64,000 nt of DNA from Gammaproteobacteria bacterium (GCA_965277405.1 OZ255726.1:896001-960000); one strand, 5' to 3'; counted from the stretch's first letter, positions 32,633-42,742 are shown. Program-made: numbers and translations. Notes: generated by a model from the sequence alone, not told the origin.

Positions 32633-33473
32633 CAATATATAGTTTATGTTGGTAGACATGGGCAGTTGCTGCAGCATAACCATGGACTTGACCACAGTCA
32701 AAACGCAGGCCACGGTGGCGCACGGCTATGACTTTGCCTTGTGCCGCGAGTATCGCTAAAGCATCAGTTATTTGAATCTCTCCATGCTGTGTTGTTTTAA
32801 TTTGCTTAGCTAACACTGCAAAAACTTCAGGTATAAGAATGTATCTACCAATGATCGCTAAATTTGATGGCGGGTTGTTGCTCGGTTTTTCAATCATGCT
32901 GTCGACGCGCAGTATGTCCTCATCAATGGCTGTTGCGGTGACGATGCCATAATTATGCGTAGTTTGTATTGGCACTTCTTCAACGGCAATTACACAACAT
33001 TGATGCGCAATATACGCAGCAATCATTTGCTGTAAAATTGAACTTGCAGCAACGCCTGTTGCCGTCAAGCATAAATCGTCAGCTAGAATAACTGCAAAAG
33101 GGTTGTCACCGATCAGTGAGGCACCAGTATATATAGCATGGCCGAGCCCAGCTATTATGCGTTGCCGAGTAAAGGAAAACGTACACGACTCCATCAGTTG
33201 CCGAATTGAAATCATGCTATTTTCTTTGCTGCTACCAGCGATTTGCTGATCTAGCTCAAAGTTACTATCAAAATAATTCATTACAGGTTCTTTATTGCGA
33301 CCAAGCACAAAATGAATATTATGCACACCTGCGTTTACCGCTTCTTCTACGGCAAAATGAATAAGCGGCTTATTGACGATTGGCAACATTTCTTTAGGCA
33401 GCGATTTCGTCGCAGGAAGAAACCGCGTGCCATATCCCGCAGCAGGGTATAAACAATGTTGAATTGCAGCCAT
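32625..33473 (-). CDS. galU: UTP-glucose-1-phosphate uridylyltransferase
   Basis: PAAGYGTRFLPATK..PKEMLP, GLGHA, IEKP, EIQITDA, RFDCG. Confidence 0.95.
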   Translation of the reverse strand: MAAIQHCLYPAAGYGTRFLPATKSLPKEMLPIVNKPLIHFAVEEAVNAGVHNIHFVLGRNKEPVMNYFDSNFELDQQIAGSSKENSMISIRQLMESCTFSFTRQRIIAGLGHAIYTGASLIGDNPFAVILADDLCLTATGVAASSILQQMIAAYIAHQCCVIAVEEVPIQTTHNYGIVTATAIDEDILRVDSMIEKPSNNPPSNLAIIGRYILIPEVFAVLAKQIKTTQHGEIQITDALAILAAQGKVIAVRHRGLRFDCGQVHGYAAATAHVYQHKLYIDG

Positions 33474-34366
33474 TACGCAGTTGGTGTAGTTGATAGCAAA
33501 GACCAGTGTATTGGCACGGACACCTCAATTGTTGCTGCTTTGCCGATCGGTTTAAAGCCGATGGTCTCTGCGTGTAAATGTAACCTACTGGCTGGAGTAT
33601 TGCTGTATACAGAATCACCAATGACAGGATGTTGTGCGCTGGCACAATGACTGCGAATTTGATGGTTGCGACCTGTTATTGGGAATGCATGCAGCACACT
33701 GACAATCCCAAGCTCTGGGTCATGAACAGTCTTTTGCTTGGTAAAGCGTGTAAGTGATTGCTTCCCCATGGGTTGAGATATACTCAAAGTTTGTCCAGAT
33801 ATAAATTGCTTGGTTAAGGGAATATCGATTTCTCGCAAGTCATCAGGCCAGTCTCCGGCAACGACACAATTATATTGCTTGTAGACAGCGCGATGCTTAA
33901 GCTGCTGTTGCAATGCCAATAGTGCCGCACGGTTTTTTGAGATAAGCAGGCAACCTGAGGTGTCTTTATCGATTCTATGCACAAGTTCGTATTCGTTGTT
34001 CCATACTGTCCGCACCAGATTTATCAAGCCAAATTGATGACCAGAGCCACCATGCACAGGAATTCCAGCAGGCTTATTGACAACAATACACGCTTCATCT
34101 TCATACACAATTGCATCAATAACCCAACTGCTGCGCTCAAAACTTGGTTGCATTGGGATATGCTGTTCAAGCCACGGAGGTAGGCGAATAATGTCTCCTG
34201 TAGCAACGCGTTGCATCGGTTTACAGCGCGACTTATTGCAACGCACTTGACCAGATCTGATTAGTTTGTAGATATTTGAGCGAGCCAGCGACCGCACTTT
34301 GCCTAATAAAAAATTATCCAGCCGTTGACCATGATGCTGCGTATCAACAATCATGGTGTTACTCAT
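33473..34366 (-). CDS. rluC: 23S rRNA pseudouridine synthase RluC-like
   Basis: GQRLDNFL S4 domain, NKPAG..VHGGSG, HRIDKDTSG, TGRNHQIR. Confidence 0.9.
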   Translation of the reverse strand: MSNTMIVDTQHHGQRLDNFLLGKVRSLARSNIYKLIRSGQVRCNKSRCKPMQRVATGDIIRLPPWLEQHIPMQPSFERSSWVIDAIVYEDEACIVVNKPAGIPVHGGSGHQFGLINLVRTVWNNEYELVHRIDKDTSGCLLISKNRAALLALQQQLKHRAVYKQYNCVVAGDWPDDLREIDIPLTKQFISGQTLSISQPMGKQSLTRFTKQKTVHDPELGIVSVLHAFPITGRNHQIRSHCASAQHPVIGDSVYSNTPASRLHLHAETIGFKPIGKAATIEVSVPIHWSLLSTTPTA

Positions 34367-35435
34367 CAGCTAGTCCGGCCATGAGTCGCGCTTGATGTTC
34401 TTGTTGCAAAGCAGTGATGGTTTCGTCTAAATCACCTTCGACAATAGTATCGAGTTTATACAGCGTTAAACCAATACGATGGTCTGTCATCCGTCCTTGG
34501 GGAAAGTTATAAGTACGGATTCGTTGCGACCGGTCACCACTACCGATTAAATTTCTACGTGTTTCTGCTTGTTGCTGATGCGCTTGCTGACGCTGCTGAT
34601 CTTCGAGTCTTGCCCCAAGCAATGATAGCGCACGCGCTTTGTTTTTATGCTGTGAGCGCTCATCTTGACATTCAACGACAACGCCTGTTGGAACATGGGT
34701 GATGCGTATCGCAGAATCAGTGGTATTAACATGTTGCCCGCCAGCACCAGAAGAGCGAAAGGTATCAATGCGCAAGTCACTTTTGTCAATTTGTATTGCT
34801 AACTCTTCTGGTTCGACTAGTACAGCCACTGTGCACGCCGATGTATGAATACGCCCTTGCGACTCAGTCGCTGGCACCCGTTGGACACGGTGTGCGCCTG
34901 ATTCAAATTTCAAATGCCGATAAACATCTTTTCCTTCAACCCGGGTGATAATTTCACGATAGCCTCCTTGTTCACTTTCGCTAATCGATACAACTTGCGT
35001 CGTCCAACGGTGTTGCTCAGCAAAACGCAGATACATCCGCTGCAGGTCAGCACAAAAAAGTGCAGCTTCGCTGCCACCAGTCCCTGCGCGGATTTCGACG
35101 AATACATTGGCGCCATCATCTTTATCTTTTGGTAACAATAGTGTTTTGATAGTCATTAATGTGTCGTCAATTCCATGTTGCAGGTCTTGCAGTTCCGTTA
35201 CCGCAAGATTATGCATTTCTGCATCCGCTAATAATACAGATGTTGATTGGTGCTGCGCTTCAAAGCCTATATATGTCAACCATGCATTGTGGATTGGCTC
35301 TAAGTCGGCAATTTCTTGCATCAACGCCTTGTATACATCAATATCGTTAGTAATGTCTGGCTGTGCCAGCTGATTCGCAACAATGGTATGACGCTCTTCA
35401 AGAGCTTGGAGCCGATTGCGCAGTTGATTATTCAT
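34359..35435 (-). CDS. prfA: Peptide chain release factor 1
   Basis: PAT motif (RVPATE), GAGGQHVN, RIRTYNFPQ. Confidence 0.97.
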   Translation of the reverse strand: MNNQLRNRLQALEERHTIVANQLAQPDITNDIDVYKALMQEIADLEPIHNAWLTYIGFEAQHQSTSVLLADAEMHNLAVTELQDLQHGIDDTLMTIKTLLLPKDKDDGANVFVEIRAGTGGSEAALFCADLQRMYLRFAEQHRWTTQVVSISESEQGGYREIITRVEGKDVYRHLKFESGAHRVQRVPATESQGRIHTSACTVAVLVEPEELAIQIDKSDLRIDTFRSSGAGGQHVNTTDSAIRITHVPTGVVVECQDERSQHKNKARALSLLGARLEDQQRQQAHQQQAETRRNLIGSGDRSQRIRTYNFPQGRMTDHRIGLTLYKLDTIVEGDLDETITALQQEHQARLMAGLADE

Positions 35436-36742
35436 GGTGTTGGTGTTTGCTGTTTGCTGTTTACGCTGGTAGCGGGTGGATGGATTGCAAAGAGGGTATG
35501 CGCTGCTTGCAAGAGTTGGGTATCGCCTTTCTTTCCGGCTTCACGCATTGCTACGGTTGGATGGTGGGCAATTTTTTGGATGAGCGCAGACGCCATCCGC
35601 TCGATGACGTATTTTGGATCATCTCCTCTGTTGAGCATAGTATATGCTTTGCGTATTTCTACATCTCGAACTGATTGTATATGTGCGCGAAATGGCCGCA
35701 ACAATGCGTTATGATTGGTTTGATTGATGCGCTGTTGCAGCTCATACATGGCTGTATTGATGATCAAGTGTGCGTGTTGAGCTGCTTGTTTGCGTAACTT
35801 ACTGTTGCCTTCGATAATGGCTCCTAAGTCGTCAACACAATATAAAAATACATGGTCTATTGCAGCCACTTCATATTCAATATCACGCGGTACCGCTAAG
35901 TCAAAATACAGTTGAGTTGCATATTTTCGTTGTTTGCCTGCCTGCTCTACTTGCCCTTTTCCTACCAGCGGTAATGTGCTAGATGTTGCGCTGACTATAA
36001 TATCTGCTTGGTGAAGTAGTTCAGGAATTTCATACAGCGGGTAGGTGCTTCCCCCAGTTTTTTGCGCCAACCGCGTGCCACGAACACTACTGCGGTTGCA
36101 TATCCAAGGAGGTGGACAGCCCAAATCTGACAGATATTGGGCGACCAAAACGATGGTATCGCCAGCACCAATAAGTAACACGCGTTTATTGTCAAATCTA
36201 GAGAATATATTTTTTGCCAATGAAACCGCTATATGGGCGACCGACATTGGTGATTGGCCAATTGCGGTGTTGTGACGAATGCGTTTAACAATATGGAATA
36301 CAAACGGGATGACTGTAGCAAAAAAATCCCCACAGTAATCAAGCTGCTTGGCGTGGTCGTACGCTGCTTTCATTTGCCCAAATATTTGCGGCTCACCGAG
36401 CGCCATCGATTCAAGACCGCAGGCAACTATAATTAAGTGCCTAATTGCCTCGTCGCCAGTATAGCAATAATGGTCAGCAATTTTTTCGGCGACAACAAAG
36501 CGCAGCCACGTGTCAAGGATGCGTTGCAAGCAAACCTCAGTTGCCAACGTCTTGGCAACGATATACCACTCTATTCTATTGCAGGTTGATAGCACAAAAC
36601 ACTCATCAACGCCATGCTGTTGTAGTTCGGCGTATATCAACTCTATCGCAGCGGCATTTGGCAATAATCGCTCGCGCTGAGCAATATCTGTTTTGCGGTG
36701 ATCTATGCCAACGATAAGGCATTGCATACTGTTGAGTTTCAT
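35432..36742 (-). CDS. hemA: Glutamyl-tRNA reductase
   Basis: STCNR.E, GLES...GEPQIFGQ, IGAG, DLAVPRDI. Confidence 0.97.
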   Translation of the reverse strand: MKLNSMQCLIVGIDHRKTDIAQRERLLPNAAAIELIYAELQQHGVDECFVLSTCNRIEWYIVAKTLATEVCLQRILDTWLRFVVAEKIADHYCYTGDEAIRHLIIVACGLESMALGEPQIFGQMKAAYDHAKQLDYCGDFFATVIPFVFHIVKRIRHNTAIGQSPMSVAHIAVSLAKNIFSRFDNKRVLLIGAGDTIVLVAQYLSDLGCPPPWICNRSSVRGTRLAQKTGGSTYPLYEIPELLHQADIIVSATSSTLPLVGKGQVEQAGKQRKYATQLYFDLAVPRDIEYEVAAIDHVFLYCVDDLGAIIEGNSKLRKQAAQHAHLIINTAMYELQQRINQTNHNALLRPFRAHIQSVRDVEIRKAYTMLNRGDDPKYVIERMASALIQKIAHHPTVAMREAGKKGDTQLLQAAHTLFAIHPPATSVNSKQQTPTP

Positions 36743-36753
36743 ACGTATGCTAA

Positions 36754-37037
36754 GGAACCTCTGATTAAGTCCATGATGGGCGAGACGGAGAAAAAACGCT
36801 GATGATAACTAGACGCAGTGCGCAGATAATACTGGTGGTATTATTAAGTGCTGCAACGACGTTAGCGCAGCGTTTTTTCCCGTCCTTCTGTTGAATATAC
36901 AACAGTTTGATGGTAGCGGTACTTGCTGTGTTGCATCCTTTGGCGTATATGCTACGGCATACGCCTGCGGAATGCGCCTTGCAATCATCAGCAATTACCA
37001 TCAAACTCGCTCCATCAGCGACTTAATCAGAGGTCCC
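36754..37037 (+). mobile_element. MITE, full copy, TSD CTAA/CTAA, between the plsC stop and the hemA start
   Basis: GGAACCTCTGATTAA...TTAATCAGAGGTCCC; the right TSD holds the plsC TAG (minus strand). Confidence 0.92.
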
Positions 37038-37757
37038 CTAATGAATGGAGCTACAAGTAGCTTCGATCCAGGTTCTTAGTTGTTGTGTTGCTAACTTACT
37101 ATCTGGCATTGGTTGTATATGCGGACCAAAAATCACGCGGATAGTTCCAGGGTATTTAGTTATTTGATGCGCGGGCCAACGCGACCCAGCATTGTGTGCA
37201 AATGGAATAATTGGGCATTTGTTTTCATGCGCCAGTTTTGTCGCGGTGCGGGTAAATGGTCCAAGTTCAGGTGCATAACGTCTGGTTCCTTCAGGGAAAA
37301 TGAGTAAATTATGACCTTGAGATAAGTGGACACTTCCTTGCGCAATAACTTGGCGAAGTGCCTGTGTCTTATTTTTTCTAATCAGTGTTACTGGTTTGAG
37401 CAATGCTAATGCCCAACCAAATATTGGAATCCAAATCAGCTCATACTTTAATACACTGACCATTGGCATTGCAAATGATTGAATAACCAGTGTTTCCCAT
37501 GGGCTTTGGTGGTTACCGGCAAACACACAGGCACGATGCGCTTGCAATGCGGTGCGGATATGTTCTAAGCCATCGATTTGCATGGAAATATTGCAGCTGA
37601 GTTTTAGCCAAAATAACACAAACCGCGTGAGTACAGCAGGCACTATAAAGCGTTTTTTGAACGGCAGCATCCAACCAAATAGCAGCGATGCCACGCACAC
37701 TATAGTGACCGCTACCACGTAGCCGATATAAAAAATTATTGAACGGAAAATCAACAT
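37038..37757 (-). CDS. plsC: 1-acyl-sn-glycerol-3-phosphate acyltransferase
   Basis: NHQSPWE and IFPEGTR motifs. Confidence 0.9.
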   Translation of the reverse strand: MLIFRSIIFYIGYVVAVTIVCVASLLFGWMLPFKKRFIVPAVLTRFVLFWLKLSCNISMQIDGLEHIRTALQAHRACVFAGNHQSPWETLVIQSFAMPMVSVLKYELIWIPIFGWALALLKPVTLIRKNKTQALRQVIAQGSVHLSQGHNLLIFPEGTRRYAPELGPFTRTATKLAHENKCPIIPFAHNAGSRWPAHQITKYPGTIRVIFGPHIQPMPDSKLATQQLRTWIEATCSSIH

Positions 37758-37761
37758 TTAG

Positions 37762-37966
37762 AGAATCTCTGATGTAATTGCTAGTGAAACACTGTATGTG
37801 TCGCCAATTAGTTGCGGTAACATCGCCGCTACAACAGCAGGGCAAGATTTACTGTGAACGGCTGGTGTGCATGGGCTTGCCAAGGCAGCACCATTTACAG
37901 CAAACCGCCGTGCTTTTCAACCTGTAAAGTTGCCTCACACCCATCATGGGCTTAATCAGCGCTTCT
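37762..37966. mobile_element. Degenerate MITE-family element with an unrelated interior
   Basis: TTAG|AGAATCTCTGATG...CCCATCATGGGCTTAATCAGCGCTTCT; fills the plsC-yaaA spacer. Confidence 0.55.
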
Positions 37967-37968
37967 CT

Positions 37969-38745
37969 CTATACAGTAACAGGATGCCTGCGTAAAAACA
38001 CCCAAGTATTGGCGGTGCTACGCTCACATGAAAAGCTATAGCTATCCATTGCGAATAACTGTAATTCTTCAATACTTGTAATATTATTTTCAGCCACAAA
38101 ACGCACAAACCTGCCGCGTGCATGCTTTGCATACACGCCGATAGTTTTTACCACAGCGTTTTTTTCTTCTACAAATGAAATATTGATAACGTGGCGTTGT
38201 TGGCTTATTGCCTGCAAGTCGAGCGCTTTGGCGTATTCAATCGATGCTAAGTTGATAATTGCAGCGGTTGCTGCTGTTTGCTCAAGCAGCGTCTCGGTGA
38301 GTTGTTTCTTCCAGAAAGCGTATAAATTACCACCTGCTGGATTTGGCATTTTAGCACCCATTTCTAGACGATACGGCATAATTCCATCGCTGGGACGCAG
38401 CAGCCCGTACAGCCCTGAAAGAATGCGCACATGGCTGTTGATGTACTCACGTCCAGCGGCATCGATTGTAGCAATATCAAGACCGCGGTATACATCTCCT
38501 TGGAACATCCAAATCGACTGGAAGCCAGCGCCAGCATCAACCGACCAGTTATTATGGTAGGACAGCGTGCGTTGCGCTACGGCAGGCGAAATCCCCAGCA
38601 ACTGTTGTAAGTCATGCTGCGAATATTGACGCAATATTCCATGGAGCTGTTGTGCTTGTTGGCTAAATTCAGGAACCGTGGCTGCAGGAAGACCTGCGTG
38701 GAATTCCGTTCGCAGTTTTTTCGCTGGAGAAATCAGGAATTTCAT
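37969..38745 (-). CDS. yaaA: Peroxide stress protein YaaA (UPF0246)
   Basis: ISPAK, F.GDVY.GL, ILSGLYGLLRP.D...PYRLEMG, NLAS.EY, AK.ARG. Confidence 0.93.
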   Translation of the reverse strand: MKFLISPAKKLRTEFHAGLPAATVPEFSQQAQQLHGILRQYSQHDLQQLLGISPAVAQRTLSYHNNWSVDAGAGFQSIWMFQGDVYRGLDIATIDAAGREYINSHVRILSGLYGLLRPSDGIMPYRLEMGAKMPNPAGGNLYAFWKKQLTETLLEQTAATAAIINLASIEYAKALDLQAISQQRHVINISFVEEKNAVVKTIGVYAKHARGRFVRFVAENNITSIEELQLFAMDSYSFSCERSTANTWVFLRRHPVTV

Positions 38746-39147
38746 TTGCTATACCATCGAGCAGTCTTCAAAATGAACAAACAAGCATTGCGCTTCGCTA
38801 CGAATGCGTCGGGGGGCTATGTTGCCACATTTGCTTAGGCTGTCATCGCTTTGACGCCAATTGTGTTGGATATTTACCAAGATATATTTGCTCGATAGAT
38901 GTATTTGCTCGATAGCTGCCGCTAAAATTCGAAAAACACCTGATATTTGTCCGTTATTCAGTACTCCAATGAGCTAATGCTGGCTGTAAAACTCCTTGCC
39001 AAGTTATTTTTTTAACAAAAAAAATAATTTTTAGCAAATTTGTGCATTTTTGGTATCATGAACACGCTCAATATTGGTTTGCAACATTGCTGCGTCAAGA
39101 ACATCAAATGTGGTCAGTTTTTCGAGATTTGTTAGGGTATATTTAAA

Positions 39148-40014
39148 ATGAATGGAAAGTTTTTATATTACCAAGGTGTTTACGCAGAGGCAGAAAAATA
39201 CCCATTTTTGCTGGCTCATGCGCTGCATTATGCAACGTCCGTTTTCGAAGGGATACGAGTTTACAATGGCGCACCATTTTTGCTCGAAGAGCATCTCTCA
39301 CGGCTGATAACCTCTTGCGAACTCATCGGCATTGATTGTCCGGCAACGGTCCAAGAACTATCCAAGATCTGCTACAACCTTATCGACAAGACTGGGGTGC
39401 AAAATGCCTACCTAAGACCGGTGGTATTCAAAGGCGGTCCCGATCTTGGCGTGTATGCACCCAAAAACACGATTGAGTTAAGTGTCATCATCTGGGAATG
39501 GCCATCAGTCTTCGGCGCAGCTGCGGTTTCTAAGGGAATATCGCTAACTTCAGATATCCCTTATAGACGACCGCCACCAACGTGTTTTCCAACTCAAGCA
39601 AAGAGTTCAGCAGCGTATCTCATAGGCGCAATTAACCGGCAAAAAGCGGAAAACGACGGCTTCAATGACGCCCTACTTTTCACCCACGCAGGGATGGTTG
39701 CGGAAGCAACTGGCGCCAATATTTTTTTAGTCAATGGCAACACTGTTACTACACCACCTGCAAATGATTTCCTCAATGGCCTTACCCGCCAGACGGTGAT
39801 TGGATTGCTGGCAAGCGGTCAAGTTGAGGAAAGAGAAATCACGTTGGATGATGTTAAATCGGCAGATGAGGTCTTTCTCACTGGCACTGCCTACGAAGTA
39901 ATTGGCGTCTCAAAAATTGACGATTGTGAAAAATCCGTTGGTCAATTTACCAGCAACATTCGCAATGCCTACCTCAAACTTACCAAAACAACCAACCTTA
40001 AAGGCGCGGCCTGA
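39148..40014 (+). CDS. Class IV PLP aminotransferase (IlvE-like, accessory copy)
   Basis: LHYATSVFEGIR, YLRP, AK....Y, AEATGANIF, L.G.TR, ADEVFLTGTA. Confidence 0.9.
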   Translation: MNGKFLYYQGVYAEAEKYPFLLAHALHYATSVFEGIRVYNGAPFLLEEHLSRLITSCELIGIDCPATVQELSKICYNLIDKTGVQNAYLRPVVFKGGPDLGVYAPKNTIELSVIIWEWPSVFGAAAVSKGISLTSDIPYRRPPPTCFPTQAKSSAAYLIGAINRQKAENDGFNDALLFTHAGMVAEATGANIFLVNGNTVTTPPANDFLNGLTRQTVIGLLASGQVEEREITLDDVKSADEVFLTGTAYEVIGVSKIDDCEKSVGQFTSNIRNAYLKLTKTTNLKGAA

Positions 40015-40028
40015 ACACGACAGAATGT

Positions 40029-40172
40029 ATGATGGCTGCTAACACCAAAATTCGCAAAATTTACACGCTTGGCCCTGGAGGCACAAACTGCGCAGCAGCG
40101 GCTGCTGAACTCTGTCGATCTGGTGGAGTAGCAGCCTGTATACCAACATTACCTGCAGCCAAAGCCAAATGA
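40029..40172 (+). pseudogene. Prephenate decarboxylase (BacA/AerD-like) N-terminal relic
   Basis: 47-codon ORF containing IYTLGPGGTNCAAAA, which resembles the TLGP.GT....AA start of prephenate decarboxylases/dehydratases. Confidence 0.5.
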
Positions 40173-40212
40173 AAAAGCACTTTCTGCACGACGCAAACCT
40201 GCGGGGCTGCTG

Positions 40213-41169
40213 ATGATAGGTATTAGTCACCCTTTTTCAAAACACATGCGGCTGTTGGCGCTGACGATCAGTATTCTTGCCTGCTTCACAGCAAGCTGGG
40301 TGTTGGCTAAAAACATCATCGAAAGTGCCCCTGCGTATGCTTCGGCTACCGGCCGGGTGTTGGCGACTAGTCTGTTCCTTTGGGCTTTTCTCCTACTCCG
40401 TCCTGGCGAACGCGTAAAGTCGATGGTAGTGTTGCGCCGCTGGCCAGCTATCATCGTATTAGCTTTGCTGGGTTTTGTCCTGTATTCGCTACTGACATTT
40501 CTCGCCTTGACGGTGCTAAATCCATCGGATCTGGGAATGACGCTGGCGCTTATACCTGGGTTTACCTACGTGCTTGGGTTGGCTTTTTTTAGCGACCAAA
40601 TTCACCATCTCAAATTGCTCGGTGTTTCTTTGGCCAGCGGGGCGGCGCTATACTACACCACCAACGGCTTCCTAAGTTTGACAACAGCAGATGCTTTTGG
40701 AATCACAATGGCAGCGGGGGCGGCACTTAGCTATGCCCTGTATGGTTTAACGTATAAAAAGCTCATGGCAGACTTGCCCACAACAAGCGTGTTACCGTTT
40801 ATCACTGCCGTTGCTTTCCTCATGTTGCTACCCTGGTTGCTGTTTGTCAGCCCAGCAGAAAGGTCAATTGACCTTTGGACAGCTGCTAAATTGCTGATGC
40901 TCGGTGCTGGGCTGTCTGCGCCAGTATTCTTAATGTATCATGCCGTGCTTGATTTAGGCGGGGTGCTGTATGCAAATTCAATCGGAATTCTTGCGCCTTT
41001 TGCGATCTTACTCACCGAATGGGGCTGCGGCTATCGCAGTAGCGTCAGCCTAGGAGAACTAAGCGCGATGGCGATCTGTGCAGTCGGCGTCGCTTTAATT
41101 TTTAAAGACGCCGCCAGACCAAATCGCGTATCTGCGAACATCGCCGTATCTAACCGCCCCACTGATTAG
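40213..41169 (+). CDS. DMT/EamA-family transporter
   Basis: About ten hydrophobic helices in two EamA-like halves. Confidence 0.85.
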   Translation: MIGISHPFSKHMRLLALTISILACFTASWVLAKNIIESAPAYASATGRVLATSLFLWAFLLLRPGERVKSMVVLRRWPAIIVLALLGFVLYSLLTFLALTVLNPSDLGMTLALIPGFTYVLGLAFFSDQIHHLKLLGVSLASGAALYYTTNGFLSLTTADAFGITMAAGAALSYALYGLTYKKLMADLPTTSVLPFITAVAFLMLLPWLLFVSPAERSIDLWTAAKLLMLGAGLSAPVFLMYHAVLDLGGVLYANSIGILAPFAILLTEWGCGYRSSVSLGELSAMAICAVGVALIFKDAARPNRVSANIAVSNRPTD

Positions 41170-41191
41170 GATAATTTAGGAGGAATACTAT

Positions 41192-41474
41192 GGAAGCTAT
41201 GATTAAGTCCATGACGGGCGAGACGGAGAAAAAACGCTGATGATAACTAGACGCAGTGCGCAGATAATACTGGTGGTATTATCAAGTGCTGCAACGACGT
41301 TAGCGCAGCGTTTTTTTCCGTCCTTCTGTTGAATATATGATGGTTTGCTGCAGCGGTACTTGCTGTGTTGCATCCCTTGGCGTATATGCTACGGCATGCG
41401 CCTGCGGAATGCGCCTTGCAATCATCAGCAATTGCAGGCAAACTCGCTCCATCAGCGACTTAATCAGAGCTTCC
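41192..41474 (+). mobile_element. MITE, full copy, TSD CTAT/CTAT, inserted at the start codon of the ligase gene
   Basis: AGGAGGAATA-CTAT|GGAAGCTATGATTAA...CAGAGCTTCC|CTAT-GGGC. Confidence 0.93.
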
Positions 41475-41476
41475 CT

Positions 41477-42742
41477 ATGGGCCTTACATTAGGGTTGGTC
41501 TGTCAGCGCAATAACAACGTGCCGTTCCTATTTGAAGCAGCGGCAGCCAATCGATGTGGTTTAGTACTTATTCACGCACCCGGTGAATCTCCCCCGACGC
41601 ATATGCCAGCTGTTGTCCACACGTTGGAGCTCGACGTATTTGCTCATCCACAAGCCGCGCTCTCACAGCTTGAGGCTGAAAAAATCGGACTAGATGGCAT
41701 ATTAACCTGCCGTGAAGAGGCTGTGCCCTGGACTGCCTTAGCAGCCCAACGCCTCAAACTACCTGGACTCAACCCCGATGCGGCACTCATCACCCGCGAT
41801 AAAGCACAGATGAGAAAAGCTTTTGCAGTGGCGGGGTTAAATGTTCCAAGCTATACCTCCCTGTCAGCAGACGCCCCAGTAACACTATCCGCTAGCATGT
41901 CATACCCGCTAGTCGTCAAACCCACAGGTGGCTACGCAAGCCAAGGTGTCATTCGCGTTGATAAAGCGAGTGATCTGAAAAATACAGTAGCTAAAGTGCG
42001 AGCAATCAATGCCAATGACCTCGACGCTTTCGCCACCACTACCAGCGGAATCAATTGGGGCGCTGTTATCGTTGAAGAGTATATCGACGGCCCCGAATAT
42101 GCAGTAGAGGTGTTTGCAACCGAAGGGCGGGTACATGTACTCTCCATTGGTTACAAAGGCGAGCCCAAGGGTCCTTACTTTGAGGAGACAGTTTACCTCG
42201 CGCCACCACACCTCGCGCCAGCTACACATAAGGCAATTGTGGAGCAAGCAATTGGCGGCATGGAATCTTTAGGCCTTACTGACGGCCCAGGCCACTGCGA
42301 GTTAAGACTGCAAAATAGCACGAAACCCTATCTGCTTGAGATTGGAGCAAGGATCGGCGGGTCTGGGGTAAGCCAATTTATAGTACAGGAAAGTTCAGGA
42401 ATTGATTATGCTGGCCTACAGTTCCGCCAGTCCGCCAAGTCCTCCCTTCCCGAACTTCCTGACATAGCGACGCCAATCGCGACTGCAGGAAACTGGATTA
42501 TCCCACTCGGTGGTCATGGAAAATTGGTTGATATTGCAGGTCTACAAGTGGTTCATGAGCATCCAGAAACCAAGCGCGTGCTAACCTTCCTCGAACCTGG
42601 CACCGCTGTGCAACCCTATCCAATTTTCAGTGGGTATCCAGGTTTCGTGTTATCACGCCACACCGACTGGCAGTCTGGTATAGACTATCATCGCTGGCTC
42701 AGCCAAAAACTCCGTACACATTGGGTGGAGGTAGAAACTTAA
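41477..42742 (+). CDS. ATP-grasp L-amino acid ligase (BL00235/TabS type)
   Basis: YPLVVKP..G..SQGV.RVD, VHVLSIGYKG..KGP.FEE, GARIGGSGVS, AGN.IIP, PYP.FSGYPGF, recalled from the B. licheniformis Lal; true start MGLTLG. Confidence 0.87.
   Translation: MGLTLGLVCQRNNNVPFLFEAAAANRCGLVLIHAPGESPPTHMPAVVHTLELDVFAHPQAALSQLEAEKIGLDGILTCREEAVPWTALAAQRLKLPGLNPDAALITRDKAQMRKAFAVAGLNVPSYTSLSADAPVTLSASMSYPLVVKPTGGYASQGVIRVDKASDLKNTVAKVRAINANDLDAFATTTSGINWGAVIVEEYIDGPEYAVEVFATEGRVHVLSIGYKGEPKGPYFEETVYLAPPHLAPATHKAIVEQAIGGMESLGLTDGPGHCELRLQNSTKPYLLEIGARIGGSGVSQFIVQESSGIDYAGLQFRQSAKSSLPELPDIATPIATAGNWIIPLGGHGKLVDIAGLQVVHEHPETKRVLTFLEPGTAVQPYPIFSGYPGFVLSRHTDWQSGIDYHRWLSQKLRTHWVEVET

Noticed and set aside
41345-41476. 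44-aa N-terminal extension of the ATP-grasp ligase
   Set aside because: Derived from MITE sequence; the original start is ATG 41477
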